Positions 20,497 to 29,254 of a DNA stretch of 64,000 nucleotides are shown here, one piece after another; position 1 is the first letter of the stretch; every line of letters begins with the position of its first letter. The position numbers were made by a program, and so were the translations under genes. This stretch comes from a virus (taxonomy: Duplodnaviria; Caudoviricetes). Location of the stretch: the IMG/VR virus record IMGVR_UViG_642918906_000001, positions 32,001 to 96,000 of that record. One strand, given 5' to 3'. The notes under the pieces are model-generated. The model saw only the letters and a list, made by a program, of their open reading frames with translations. It was not told where the DNA came from and ran no database searches.

Positions 20497-20787
20497 ATGA
20501 TTACTCGTGGAAAACGAACCTACTTAGTTAACCTGTTCCGACCTGACGGTTTCTTTACATATAAAGGAAAGCTTTCTCTAAAGGCTGGTAATCAGATCTT
20601 GATCGGCATGGTACCCGTATCGGTAACCCCGCCACCATTTGACAACCCTGAAGTAGTCCAGATTGATTTTGATGTAATGAAGGGCGACTTAGCTGTAATG
20701 CCATCTATCCCAGATGACATAACCGCGTTTCTCAATGAATGGTCATCGACATTCAGTTCATCGCTAGCCCCAAGGATTATTCTTTAA
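20497..20787 (+). CDS. Hypothetical protein
   Basis: Operon packing. Confidence 0.75.
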   Translation: MITRGKRTYLVNLFRPDGFFTYKGKLSLKAGNQILIGMVPVSVTPPPFDNPEVVQIDFDVMKGDLAVMPSIPDDITAFLNEWSSTFSSSLAPRIIL

Positions 20788-21092
20788 TGACTAGACTTTC
20801 AGATGTACCTCTTTCTGAACTACGTACTGACGAAGGTTGGTTAATCAGTGCAACTGGCACTCGTGGTAAGATTACAGCTATTACGTCTACTACTTCAGGC
20901 AACCAGTTTAAGACTCGGTTGCGCATCACTTGGGACAACGGCTTAGAGTCGTATGCAAAGTGGCCACATGAATGTAATAACATTCAAGTTGATGATCGTT
21001 ATCAGCATATCCTGTGCAAACCATACGTAAATGCGCGTGTTGAAGAACTGCTGGCTAACGTAGATTACCTCAAACAATTCGAAGCAGAATAA
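20787..21092 (+). CDS. Hypothetical protein, SH3-like beta barrel
   Basis: G-x-x-G-K-I...LRITWDNG pattern. Confidence 0.7.
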   Translation: MTRLSDVPLSELRTDEGWLISATGTRGKITAITSTTSGNQFKTRLRITWDNGLESYAKWPHECNNIQVDDRYQHILCKPYVNARVEELLANVDYLKQFEAE

Positions 21093-21175
21093 TAATTTAC
21101 TTGCATGTACCATCTAGTAGAGGAAGTGCTGTTACGGACTTCCAATACTCGTTTATTCCTCATCGGAGTGACACA

Positions 21176-21391
21176 ATGGCCAAGTTCTCGGCAGTTATCA
21201 GTTGGGGTGGTAAAGCGAATAAAGTTGAAGTCAACGATTCTCGCTACCCGCATCCATTCACTATCCCAACTCTCGGTGAGATTGAAATCACCATCGATGC
21301 TGCGGATAGTAAAGAAGCAATCATTAAGTTTGACGAGATTGCTCGTAGCTTTAATGACCGTGCACAATTGGTCATTGAATCTATCCGATAA
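21176..21391 (+). CDS. Small hypothetical protein (71 aa)
   Basis: GGAG SD before ATG 21176, flanked by hairpins. Confidence 0.75.
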   Translation: MAKFSAVISWGGKANKVEVNDSRYPHPFTIPTLGEIEITIDAADSKEAIIKFDEIARSFNDRAQLVIESIR

Positions 21392-21514
21392 CTTAAGAGA
21401 TACTTTTTGTCGTATCTTATGTAGCACACTCAACCGTGTTACATCCCAGGCGAATATAGCCTGATAACCAGACTATGATGCCTGAACCCTCAGTAATGTT
21501 GAGATTAGAAAAAA

Positions 21515-21538
21515 TCTCAGATTTATATTACTACTGTG
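21515..21538 (+). promoter_or_regulatory. Early promoter of chmA
   Basis: TCTCAGATT-TATATTAC-TACT-GTG. Confidence 0.85.
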
Positions 21539-21605
21539 AATCTCAGTACAAGGTTCACTTGCATCAACTTGATCAAGCATTAAAAACACACTAAAGGAAA
21601 GAATC

Positions 21606-23501
21606 ATGATTCGTGACACCGCAACCAACACCACCCAAACTCAAGCTGCTCCGCAACAAGCTCCAGCTCAACAGTTCACTCAAGCTCCACAGGAAAAACC
21701 AATGCAATCGACTCAATCGCAACCAACTCCATCGTACGCTGGTACCGGTGGTATCAATTCCCAGTTCACTCGTTCCGGTAACGTCCAAGGTGGCGATGCT
21801 CGTGCTAGCGAGGCTCTGACTGTATTCACTCGTCTGAAAGAACAGGCCGTCGCTCAACAAGATCTGGCCGATGACTTCAGCATCCTGCGATTCGATCGTG
21901 ACCAGCACCAAGTAGGTTGGTCGTCTCTGGTTATCGCAAAACAAATCTCTCTGAACGGTCAGCCGGTAATCGCTGTTCGTCCTCTGATCCTGCCTAACAA
22001 CTCGATCGAGCTGCCGAAGCGTAAAACCAACATCGTCAACGGTATGCAGACTGACGTAATCGAATCCGACATCGACGTTGGTACCGTGTTCTCCGCTCAG
22101 TACTTCAACCGTCTGTCCACCTACGTACAGAACACTCTGGGTAAGCCAGGTGCTAAAGTCGTACTGGCTGGTCCATTCCCGATCCCTGCGGATCTGGTTC
22201 TGAAGGACTCCGAGCTGCAACTGCGTAACCTGCTGATCAAATCGGTCAACGCATGTGACGACATTCTGGCTCTGCACTCCGGTGAGCGTCCTTTCACCAT
22301 CGCTGGTCTGAAAGGTCAGCAAGGTGAGACTCTGGCTGCTAAGGTAGATATCCGTACTCAGCCTCTGCACGACACCGTTGGTAACCCAATCCGTGCTGAC
22401 ATCGTAGTAACTACTCAACGTGTTCGCCGTAATGGTCAACAAGAGAACGAGTTCTACGAGACCGACGTTAAGCTGAACCAAGTGGCAATGTTCACTAACC
22501 TTGAACGTACTCCACAGGCTCAGGCACAAACCCTGTTCCCTAACCAGCAGCAAGTAGCTACTCCAGCTCCTTGGGTTGCTTCGGTAGTAATTACCGACGT
22601 ACGTAACGCTGACGGTATTCAGGCTAACACTCCTGAAATGTACTGGTTCGCTCTGTCTAACGCATTCCGTTCGACTCACGGTCACGCATGGGCTCGCCCA
22701 TTCCTGCCGATGACTGGCGTTGCTAAAGACATGAAGGACATCGGTGCACTGGGTTGGATGTCGGCTCTGCGTAACCGCATCGACACCAAAGCAGCTAACT
22801 TCGATGACGCTCAATTCGGTCAACTGATGCTGAGTCAGGTTCAACCTAACCCAGTGTTCCAGATCGACCTGAACCGTATGGGCGAGACTGCTCAGATGGA
22901 CAGCCTGCAACTGGACGCCGCTGGTGGCCCTAACGCACAGAAGGCTGCTGCAACCATCATCCGTCAGATCAACAATCTGGGCGGTGGCGGTTTCGAGCGT
23001 TTCTTCGATCACACCACTCAGCCTATCCTCGAGCGCACCGGTCAAGTGATTGATCTGGGTAACTGGTTCGATGGTGATGAGAAGCGTGACCGTCGTGACC
23101 TCGACAACCTGGCTGCACTGAACGCTGCTGAAGGTAACGAGAACGAGTTCTGGGGCTTCTACGGTGCTCAGCTTAACCCGAACCTGCACCCAGACCTGCG
23201 TAACCGTCAGTCGCGTAACTACGACCGTCAATACCTGGGTAGCACTGTTACCTACACCGGTAAAGCCGAACGTTGCACTTACAACGCTAAGTTCATCGAA
23301 GCGCTGGACCGTTACCTGGCTGAAGCTGGTCTGCAAATCACCATGGATAACACCTCGGTGCTGAACAGCGGTCAACGCTTCATGGGTAACTCGGTAATCG
23401 GTAACAACATGGTTAGCGGTCAAGCTCAGGTTCACTCGGCTTACGCTGGTACTCAGGGTTTCAACACCCAGTACCAAACTGGCCCATCCAGCTTCTACTA
23501 A
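21606..23501 (+). CDS. chmA: Chimallin, major phage nuclear shell protein
   Basis: 631 aa recognised as 201phi2-1 gp105-type chimallin (Q/T/P-rich N-terminus, GNPIRAD, DIGAL, RDRRDLDNL). Strong codon bias, located just upstream of the nvRNAP beta' gene. Confidence 0.96.
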   Translation: MIRDTATNTTQTQAAPQQAPAQQFTQAPQEKPMQSTQSQPTPSYAGTGGINSQFTRSGNVQGGDARASEALTVFTRLKEQAVAQQDLADDFSILRFDRDQHQVGWSSLVIAKQISLNGQPVIAVRPLILPNNSIELPKRKTNIVNGMQTDVIESDIDVGTVFSAQYFNRLSTYVQNTLGKPGAKVVLAGPFPIPADLVLKDSELQLRNLLIKSVNACDDILALHSGERPFTIAGLKGQQGETLAAKVDIRTQPLHDTVGNPIRADIVVTTQRVRRNGQQENEFYETDVKLNQVAMFTNLERTPQAQAQTLFPNQQQVATPAPWVASVVITDVRNADGIQANTPEMYWFALSNAFRSTHGHAWARPFLPMTGVAKDMKDIGALGWMSALRNRIDTKAANFDDAQFGQLMLSQVQPNPVFQIDLNRMGETAQMDSLQLDAAGGPNAQKAAATIIRQINNLGGGGFERFFDHTTQPILERTGQVIDLGNWFDGDEKRDRRDLDNLAALNAAEGNENEFWGFYGAQLNPNLHPDLRNRQSRNYDRQYLGSTVTYTGKAERCTYNAKFIEALDRYLAEAGLQITMDNTSVLNSGQRFMGNSVIGNNMVSGQAQVHSAYAGTQGFNTQYQTGPSSFY

Positions 23502-23664
23502 GTTGTAACCAAATTGGGATCGAAAGGTCCCAATGTGGACACCACCTAAATACTGGCTAAAGGTGTTCACTATTGAAACCCACCGCTTAACTCGATATTC
23601 GAGAGTGTCATGTAACAGTGACACTTTGTGGTTAATAATACCAGTTAGATCTGGACCAATAGAC

Positions 23665-23704
23665 GGGCTACTCCTTCGGGAGTAGCTTTTCTATTCCTTT
23701 TTTT
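23665..23704 (+). terminator. Terminator of the chmA transcript
   Basis: GCTACTCC-TTCG-GGAGTAGC-TTTT. Confidence 0.9.
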
Positions 23705-23726
23705 GTAATTACTAATAGGTGGAAAG

Positions 23727-24293
23727 ATGCGAGTAGCTCGTTTTAACGATGTCGAACCAGAACGTATTGTCCCGCTTGTAAATGCAAGCACCATGGATAA
23801 TTTCTATCCCGGTGATGTGGCACGCCTTGTCACCTACGTAGATCATGTTGGTCTGACGGCACCGCTGAAGTTTGGTAAGCGATTTGATCTGTTGGGCATG
23901 GCAGGTGAGGACGACCCGTTTAAAGTAATCGATCCAGCAATGTGTATTGAAACCGTTTACTTCAAGGTGAATGATGTTCTGTACGCCGGCTATGCCAAAG
24001 GTGAGAAAGGTAATGTCACACAGGCGCATTTGTTGGGAGATACTCGACGAGTTACCATTGATTGGACCCATGAACATGTTTATATGGATTCTGAACGCCC
24101 AGCATATTTCGATGGCGTAGATACCAGTAAGATCCCAGTGGGTGTATTCCAATTCAACATCACTGGCGAGGTTCAGATCAGTAAAGGTATCGTTGAATTC
24201 AATGCAACTGTTATTGAACAATCTGAGGGGTTGAATGTAGAGCTAGTTGGTTATGACCTTCTGGCATATTACAGTAAAAATAGCGGAGATTAA
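23727..24293 (+). CDS. Protein resembling an isolated domain of the phiKZ-type major capsid protein
   Basis: TAPLKFGKRFDLLG...IDPA...VYFKV and LVGYDL motifs recalled from phiKZ-type MCPs. Confidence 0.6.
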   Translation: MRVARFNDVEPERIVPLVNASTMDNFYPGDVARLVTYVDHVGLTAPLKFGKRFDLLGMAGEDDPFKVIDPAMCIETVYFKVNDVLYAGYAKGEKGNVTQAHLLGDTRRVTIDWTHEHVYMDSERPAYFDGVDTSKIPVGVFQFNITGEVQISKGIVEFNATVIEQSEGLNVELVGYDLLAYYSKNSGD

Positions 24294-24295
24294 AT

Positions 24296-24367
24296 ATGGC
24301 GCTGGTTCATTGGCGATGCCGAAACTGTGGTATGACGAAATGTCTGTGTATTAAGCTTGGCAAGTGA
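24296..24367 (+). CDS. Putative 23-aa Cys4 micropeptide
   Basis: GGAG SD, MALVHWRCRNCGMTKCLCIKLGK. Confidence 0.4.
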   Translation: MALVHWRCRNCGMTKCLCIKLGK

Positions 24368-24375
24368 GGTTGTGA

Positions 24376-25839
24376 ATGGGGTTGTATTTGGAAGTAGTGG
24401 ATCTCGATGAGGTTCATGATAACTTTAAAGGTAAGATGATTTATGCCAATGACTTCAATACCGGTACTGTAGAAGGTAAAGAAGCATTCCACCAACATTT
24501 CTATTCTCACTATAAGGATTCCGAAGCTGTAGAGAACTCGGCTAGTTGTGATTGTGAATACCTAGATGAAGCACACTTCCTCGGGGTGATCTGTGAGAAC
24601 TGCGGTAGTCCAGTAGTCTCGACCAGTAACCGACCGATTGTACCATCGATGTGGATTCGTGCACCAGAAGGCGTTGATCGAATGATCACACCTCAACTCT
24701 GGATCATGTTGTCTAATTATCTCACGATGAAGGAATTCGACTTCCTCGAATATCTTACCAACACGAGTTATAATTACGATGACGCAAACATTACGTCTAA
24801 AGAAACTCGACGTAAAGTCGGTAAGTTGCTGGCCAAAGGATTCCCACGTGGTCTGAATAACTTCGTTCAGAACTTCGATGAGATCTTCCAGTTCTTACTG
24901 GATGCTAACATCATCAACACCAACAAAGGTGAGATGGCCGCATTCGTAAGAGCTAACAAGCACAAGATGTTCCCAAGACATATCCCGATTCCATCTAAAC
25001 TATGTTTCGTAGCTGAATCGACCACGTCTGGTAACTATCTCGATGAACCTATTGGACCAGCTATCGAAGCCGTACTGACGTTCTGTAGTATCGGTAGTAG
25101 CCCAATCCCAATTAAACCACAAACCGTTCAGAACCGTGTTGCAGAGTCTCTGAAGAACATTTCGGTGTATCACAAGAACCTTGCCAAAACACGTATTGCA
25201 CAGAAGCCGGGTTTGGTTCGTCGACACGTACTGGGTGGCCGTTTGAACTTTACTGGTCGTGGTGTAATTACATCGATCAGTGATCCACATGACTACGATG
25301 AACTCCATGTAAGCTGGGGTATCATGTGTCAGCTGATGAAATATCATCTGGTCAACAAGCTCAAGCGTAAGATGCGTTGGACTAGTCGTAAGGCTACTCA
25401 ACACATCTATGAACATACTTTGCAGTATTGCCCGATCTTGGATGAGTGCTTTAAAGAACTCATTGCAGAGTCTAACTACAAGGGTATTGGTGTAACCTTT
25501 CACCGAAATCCGACATTGCAACGTGGCTCTACTCAACGCTTCTTTATTACTAAGGTTAAGACTGACCTTCGTGATAACTCCATCAGTATGTCGGTACTGT
25601 GCCTCAAGGCACCTAACGCCGACTTCGATGGTGACCAACTTAATATGACCCTGCTGCCAGACAACTATCTGGTAGACGCGTGTGAGCGTATTGCACCACA
25701 CACTTGGGTACACTCCACTGACGATCCACATCAACTGTCTGGTAACCTTGAACTGCAAGGTCCAGTAGTAGAGACTGTCGTTAACTATGGTCACGAAGAT
25801 TATCTTCCACCTCTGGAAGAATGGTTGGCCGGACATTAA
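24376..25839 (+). CDS. Non-virion RNA polymerase beta' N-terminal (catalytic) subunit (phiKZ gp55-like)
   Basis: Zn finger CDC...CENC, LGGRLNFTGRGVI, RNPTL, catalytic NADFDGD. Confidence 0.95.
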   Translation: MGLYLEVVDLDEVHDNFKGKMIYANDFNTGTVEGKEAFHQHFYSHYKDSEAVENSASCDCEYLDEAHFLGVICENCGSPVVSTSNRPIVPSMWIRAPEGVDRMITPQLWIMLSNYLTMKEFDFLEYLTNTSYNYDDANITSKETRRKVGKLLAKGFPRGLNNFVQNFDEIFQFLLDANIINTNKGEMAAFVRANKHKMFPRHIPIPSKLCFVAESTTSGNYLDEPIGPAIEAVLTFCSIGSSPIPIKPQTVQNRVAESLKNISVYHKNLAKTRIAQKPGLVRRHVLGGRLNFTGRGVITSISDPHDYDELHVSWGIMCQLMKYHLVNKLKRKMRWTSRKATQHIYEHTLQYCPILDECFKELIAESNYKGIGVTFHRNPTLQRGSTQRFFITKVKTDLRDNSISMSVLCLKAPNADFDGDQLNMTLLPDNYLVDACERIAPHTWVHSTDDPHQLSGNLELQGPVVETVVNYGHEDYLPPLEEWLAGH

Positions 25840-25851
25840 GAGGAATACTAG

Positions 25852-26280
25852 ATGGGCTTAGTACTGAAGTTTGACAAAACTGACGAAGGTCTAATGCTCG
25901 ATGGTAATCCAGTTACGATCTCCCTCGGTGGCCAAGGCTGCCGAGTGGAGGCTAGCTCGATTTCATTGACCTATACGTTACCAAAGTCACAGTTACCCGA
26001 GGGCAGTAAGCACGAAATCTCATACACCTTCAAAGCTGATTCCGAAGGCGTGATCCAATCGGTCACCACTAACCGAACTGAGTTGGTGCGGAACGCTACC
26101 GGTAATCGCTGGTACACTGATCGATTCCCAGATGAAACGACGGTTTACCTAGTCTATAACGCATCTGTATTGGACTACTTTAAAGTTACCGTAGGTGATA
26201 CCAGAATGGCTATTAAAGACTACTTGGTAATTCGACCTAAAGAAAAACATAATAATCCACTTGATCACATTGGGTGGTAA
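25852..26280 (+). CDS. Hypothetical protein
   Basis: GAGGA SD. Confidence 0.75.
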   Translation: MGLVLKFDKTDEGLMLDGNPVTISLGGQGCRVEASSISLTYTLPKSQLPEGSKHEISYTFKADSEGVIQSVTTNRTELVRNATGNRWYTDRFPDETTVYLVYNASVLDYFKVTVGDTRMAIKDYLVIRPKEKHNNPLDHIGW

Positions 26281-26282
26281 GG

Positions 26283-26807
26283 ATGTTTAACTTTAAGCGG
26301 TGGTGGCATAAACCGATACCCGTTGAGGTACCGGTTATAGCTGAAGAGTCAAAGATAGACCCGGTGGTAATCGAATGGCAACGTCGGGTCAAAGAGTTTT
26401 ATAGTGCTCGACGCAAAAACGCAAGGTCAATGAGTACATTCGATAAATACTGTTTCATCAGAGGGATTAACTTCGACTGTTATGAAGACTGCGAAAGACT
26501 GTATCGAAAGCTAGGTAATCCAGATATAGATCTACATATCGAATTTAGGCTCGATAAAGACCTGTTGGCCGCGAGCTTGCTTATTCCAGACGAGCGTCCA
26601 ACAGACGACCAGTTGATTAACGCGCAGCTCTTTTATGAGCAACTGGTTAAAACCATAGATACCGATCTATGGGACAATACACCTCACAAGTTCTACGCTG
26701 GTAACGACGTCGATGTGATGGAACATTATCTTCGTAGTCAATTCAACCTATTCGATTATGAGCTATCGGTGTCGGTATCCGCTTACATCTGGTGGAGTTT
26801 AGCCTGA
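26283..26807 (+). CDS. Hypothetical protein (possibly extended by readthrough)
   Basis: ORF ends in TGA and the frame stays open into the next gene. Confidence 0.7.
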   Translation: MFNFKRWWHKPIPVEVPVIAEESKIDPVVIEWQRRVKEFYSARRKNARSMSTFDKYCFIRGINFDCYEDCERLYRKLGNPDIDLHIEFRLDKDLLAASLLIPDERPTDDQLINAQLFYEQLVKTIDTDLWDNTPHKFYAGNDVDVMEHYLRSQFNLFDYELSVSVSAYIWWSLA

Positions 26808-27029
26808 AAGCCTAAAGGTATTCGTTGCCATACGCATGTCATAGACGCATGCCGTCATCACGGAGATATCTTCGACTATTATTACGACCACATCCGTAAA
26901 GCGATTAGGTTAGTAGAGAACTGGGCTGGGTGTAATCTTGGTTGTTGTGATTTCCCAGATGAAATCGAACCTTGTCCCGTCTTATGGTACGAACATGAAT
27001 GTCGATTCAAAAGACCAAAGGATAAAGCT

Positions 27030-27437
27030 ATGTCCCGTATTAAAGAAATCCAGCCCACGCCAGTAAAGCACATTACATTAATCTGTCGTACTGAGCGGGT
27101 AGCTAATGCAGTGCGTAAGCCATGGTACGCCATCACCGATAAAGGTGAGTTTCCTATTAAAGCAGGTGGTGAACCGGATAACCTAGATGTCCTAGTACGT
27201 CCATTTTATCGGTTTACTAATGATCGCCCAGAAGGGCAGAATATCTGTGTGATCGGCGTCTATGCCGGCATACCTGGTTATCGTTGGGATATTGAGATCA
27301 GTGAGTCTATGGATATCCTGTCCATCTGTGATTCTGTGAGTGGTGACGAGATGGACGCTATTACGATTCCATTGGATCATCCAGCATTAGCCCTGTTTCG
27401 TATTGAGTGTCCATTGAATTACGTTTTCGACAAATAA
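27030..27437 (+). CDS. Hypothetical protein
   Basis: AAGGA SD. Confidence 0.75.
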   Translation: MSRIKEIQPTPVKHITLICRTERVANAVRKPWYAITDKGEFPIKAGGEPDNLDVLVRPFYRFTNDRPEGQNICVIGVYAGIPGYRWDIEISESMDILSICDSVSGDEMDAITIPLDHPALALFRIECPLNYVFDK

Positions 27438-27495
27438 CCGAAATAGTACTAGGGTCTATTATTTATAGGTCTTAGTGCTATTAATGAGGGGCTTT

Positions 27496-27687
27496 ATGCG
27501 TAAACCTACAACGCACCGTACCCGTCGTGGCAAATTGGTTGAGATTCCAGAACAGTGGCGTGGCCAAGTTCCTTCTAACCAAACTATGCTTCAGCGGAAA
27601 GCAGCTCGCATTGAAGTGCGGTCACGTAAGAAACGTAAGTTGCGTACTGAAAGTAAATTCCATTGGGATTCACAGGTAGATGATTAG
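27496..27687 (+). CDS. Small Arg/Lys-rich protein
   Basis: GAGG SD, RTRRGKLVEIPEQWRG. Confidence 0.75.
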   Translation: MRKPTTHRTRRGKLVEIPEQWRGQVPSNQTMLQRKAARIEVRSRKKRKLRTESKFHWDSQVDD

Positions 27688-28033
27688 AATGTACGAAGAC
27701 TTCACAATCCGTAAAGCTGAGAAAGGTTGGCAACTGGAAACCTATTCCGGTAACTACCCTATTACTGTAAAGTTGGTTGGCAACGGCTGGTCTGTTCCGA
27801 ACATCTGGTCTGATGGACCAGCTCGTCTTTCTTATGATCTGGTATTCGAAGCCTATGCTGTTGAATACACCGTTAATGTTGATACGGAAGATCAAACCGT
27901 CAACTATGTTACAGTCGATGGAAAGGAAGTTAGTAGTATCAAAGTTGGCTCCAACTACCCAGTGACCCAATTGTTCCATGTCACTACACCTGATGGAGTA
28001 GTGCCAATTCGGGAACGAGTTAGTAGACTGTAA
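27680..28033 (+). CDS. Hypothetical beta-rich protein
   Basis: Overlapping ORF. Confidence 0.75.
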   Translation: MIRMYEDFTIRKAEKGWQLETYSGNYPITVKLVGNGWSVPNIWSDGPARLSYDLVFEAYAVEYTVNVDTEDQTVNYVTVDGKEVSSIKVGSNYPVTQLFHVTTPDGVVPIRERVSRL

Positions 28034-28056
28034 TTCAGATCTATATTACTGAGGTG
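28033..28056 (+). promoter_or_regulatory. Early promoter
   Basis: ATTCAGATC-TATATTAC-TGAG-GTG. Confidence 0.85.
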
Positions 28057-28060
28057 TAAC

Positions 28061-28216
28061 ATGGTTCGTACTGAAAAGACTATTGACGAGTTGTTAGCGT
28101 ATATCAGTTTGAATAGACCTGAACGCGGATATGACATCATGTCAGTTGACGGAAAGGTCATTCATGTAATCGGCACCACCGCAAGAATAGTGGTGTCAGA
28201 AAATAGAAAGGGGTAG
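28061..28216 (+). CDS. Small early protein (51 aa, not in the ORF track)
   Basis: MVRTEKTIDELLAYISLNRPERGY...; ATG 11 nt after TATATTAC. Confidence 0.55.
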   Translation: MVRTEKTIDELLAYISLNRPERGYDIMSVDGKVIHVIGTTARIVVSENRKG

Positions 28217-28219
28217 TCT

Positions 28220-28831
28220 ATGCAATATCAAGCCCATGGCGTGGACCTTATGGACATCGCCTGCGGCGGTTTTCTGGATTCTCAAACCACTAACTGGTTG
28301 AACCAACGAAGTGAAGCTCTGATGTCTTCTGTCAGTAGCACTACGCAAAACTGGTTTAACAAAGCGCGGACGTTCTATACCACGATCTCTGAATCGGATG
28401 CAATCCAAGCTCTACGTAATATCAGTGTTAAGACTGACGTGAGCTGGAAAAGTAATAGCATCTATTTCTGTAACAGTATCGAGCAGGTTCAAACAGCGAA
28501 CCCAATCATGCAACGTTACATCATGGCTGAACCGCGCCTGCGTGACATGTATCTGAATCAATCCGTTGAAGGCTATGCTGGTAGTTATGAGAACTATCAT
28601 GGTGATGCGCTGGGCGTAGGACACTATGATTATCGTCGAGTAACTGATGGCATTGTGATGGTTCATGATGATCACGCAATCGTGAATGAGTTCTATGAAC
28701 TGATTCCAGATACCGACAAAGAACTGGACATCTTCCAGAAGGCCGACATCATCCGTACTTGGAACATGGTTAACCGTGCTCTTGATGCAGGTGAGATGGA
28801 CCCAACTAGTCCAATTGGTAACTTGTTGTAA
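28220..28831 (+). CDS. Conserved Chimalliviridae protein (phiKZ gp59/Imp3-like by size and synteny)
   Basis: 203 aa, MQRYIMAEP, YDYRRVTDG, DPTS; lies between the beta' gene and the sbcD block. Confidence 0.6.
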   Translation: MQYQAHGVDLMDIACGGFLDSQTTNWLNQRSEALMSSVSSTTQNWFNKARTFYTTISESDAIQALRNISVKTDVSWKSNSIYFCNSIEQVQTANPIMQRYIMAEPRLRDMYLNQSVEGYAGSYENYHGDALGVGHYDYRRVTDGIVMVHDDHAIVNEFYELIPDTDKELDIFQKADIIRTWNMVNRALDAGEMDPTSPIGNLL

Positions 28832-28835
28832 ACCC

Positions 28836-28871
28836 CATAAAGCCTCTCCACACGGAGAGGCTTTTATACCG
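28836..28871 (+). terminator. Hairpin terminator
   Basis: AAAGCCTCTCC-ACAC-GGAGAGGCTTT. Confidence 0.85.
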
Positions 28872-28879
28872 AGGTAGAC

Positions 28880-29254
28880 ATGAAAGTATATTTCTCAAAA
28901 CTTGATAACGGTGATTGGATTTGTTATGATGCATTGAACACCACCGGTGATCTCTTCGTAGACCCTACCAAGATCAAGCTACTCCAAGAGAAGCTTGGTC
29001 GAGTGTACGATACCGCTATTCAGAATTCTGTTAACCAACTGATCGAATTTACGATGAGTGTCGATATTCCACATTTCGGTCAGATACACGTTAACTGCGA
29101 GCTGTGGTTTCATAATAATCGAATTTGTAATTTGAAGTTCATAAATGAGCCTGGTGAAGAACCTATTGGTGAATTCCACAAACAGTTCGTTCTTGAGCTG
29201 GATGGATTACCGGCTTTCGATCTTTACCCATATCCAGAGGCTGAAGAAAAGTGA
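28880..29254 (+). CDS. Hypothetical protein (paralog pair)
   Basis: GAGG SD, shares motifs with the next gene. Confidence 0.75.
   Translation: MKVYFSKLDNGDWICYDALNTTGDLFVDPTKIKLLQEKLGRVYDTAIQNSVNQLIEFTMSVDIPHFGQIHVNCELWFHNNRICNLKFINEPGEEPIGEFHKQFVLELDGLPAFDLYPYPEAEEK

Noticed and set aside
21591-23624. 677-aa antisense ORF spanning chmA
   Set aside because: In register with chmA. Explained by avoidance of TTA/CTA/TCA codons in a highly biased gene, with no protein-like motifs
24265-24272. CATATTAC as an early promoter for beta'
   Set aside because: One mismatch, inside a CDS, and lacks both the upstream box and the downstream GTG
26805-26807. Genome-wide stop-codon reassignment
   Set aside because: TGA, TAG and TAA all end well-supported genes (phuZ ends in TGA right before a terminator). 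The in-frame TGA is a local event
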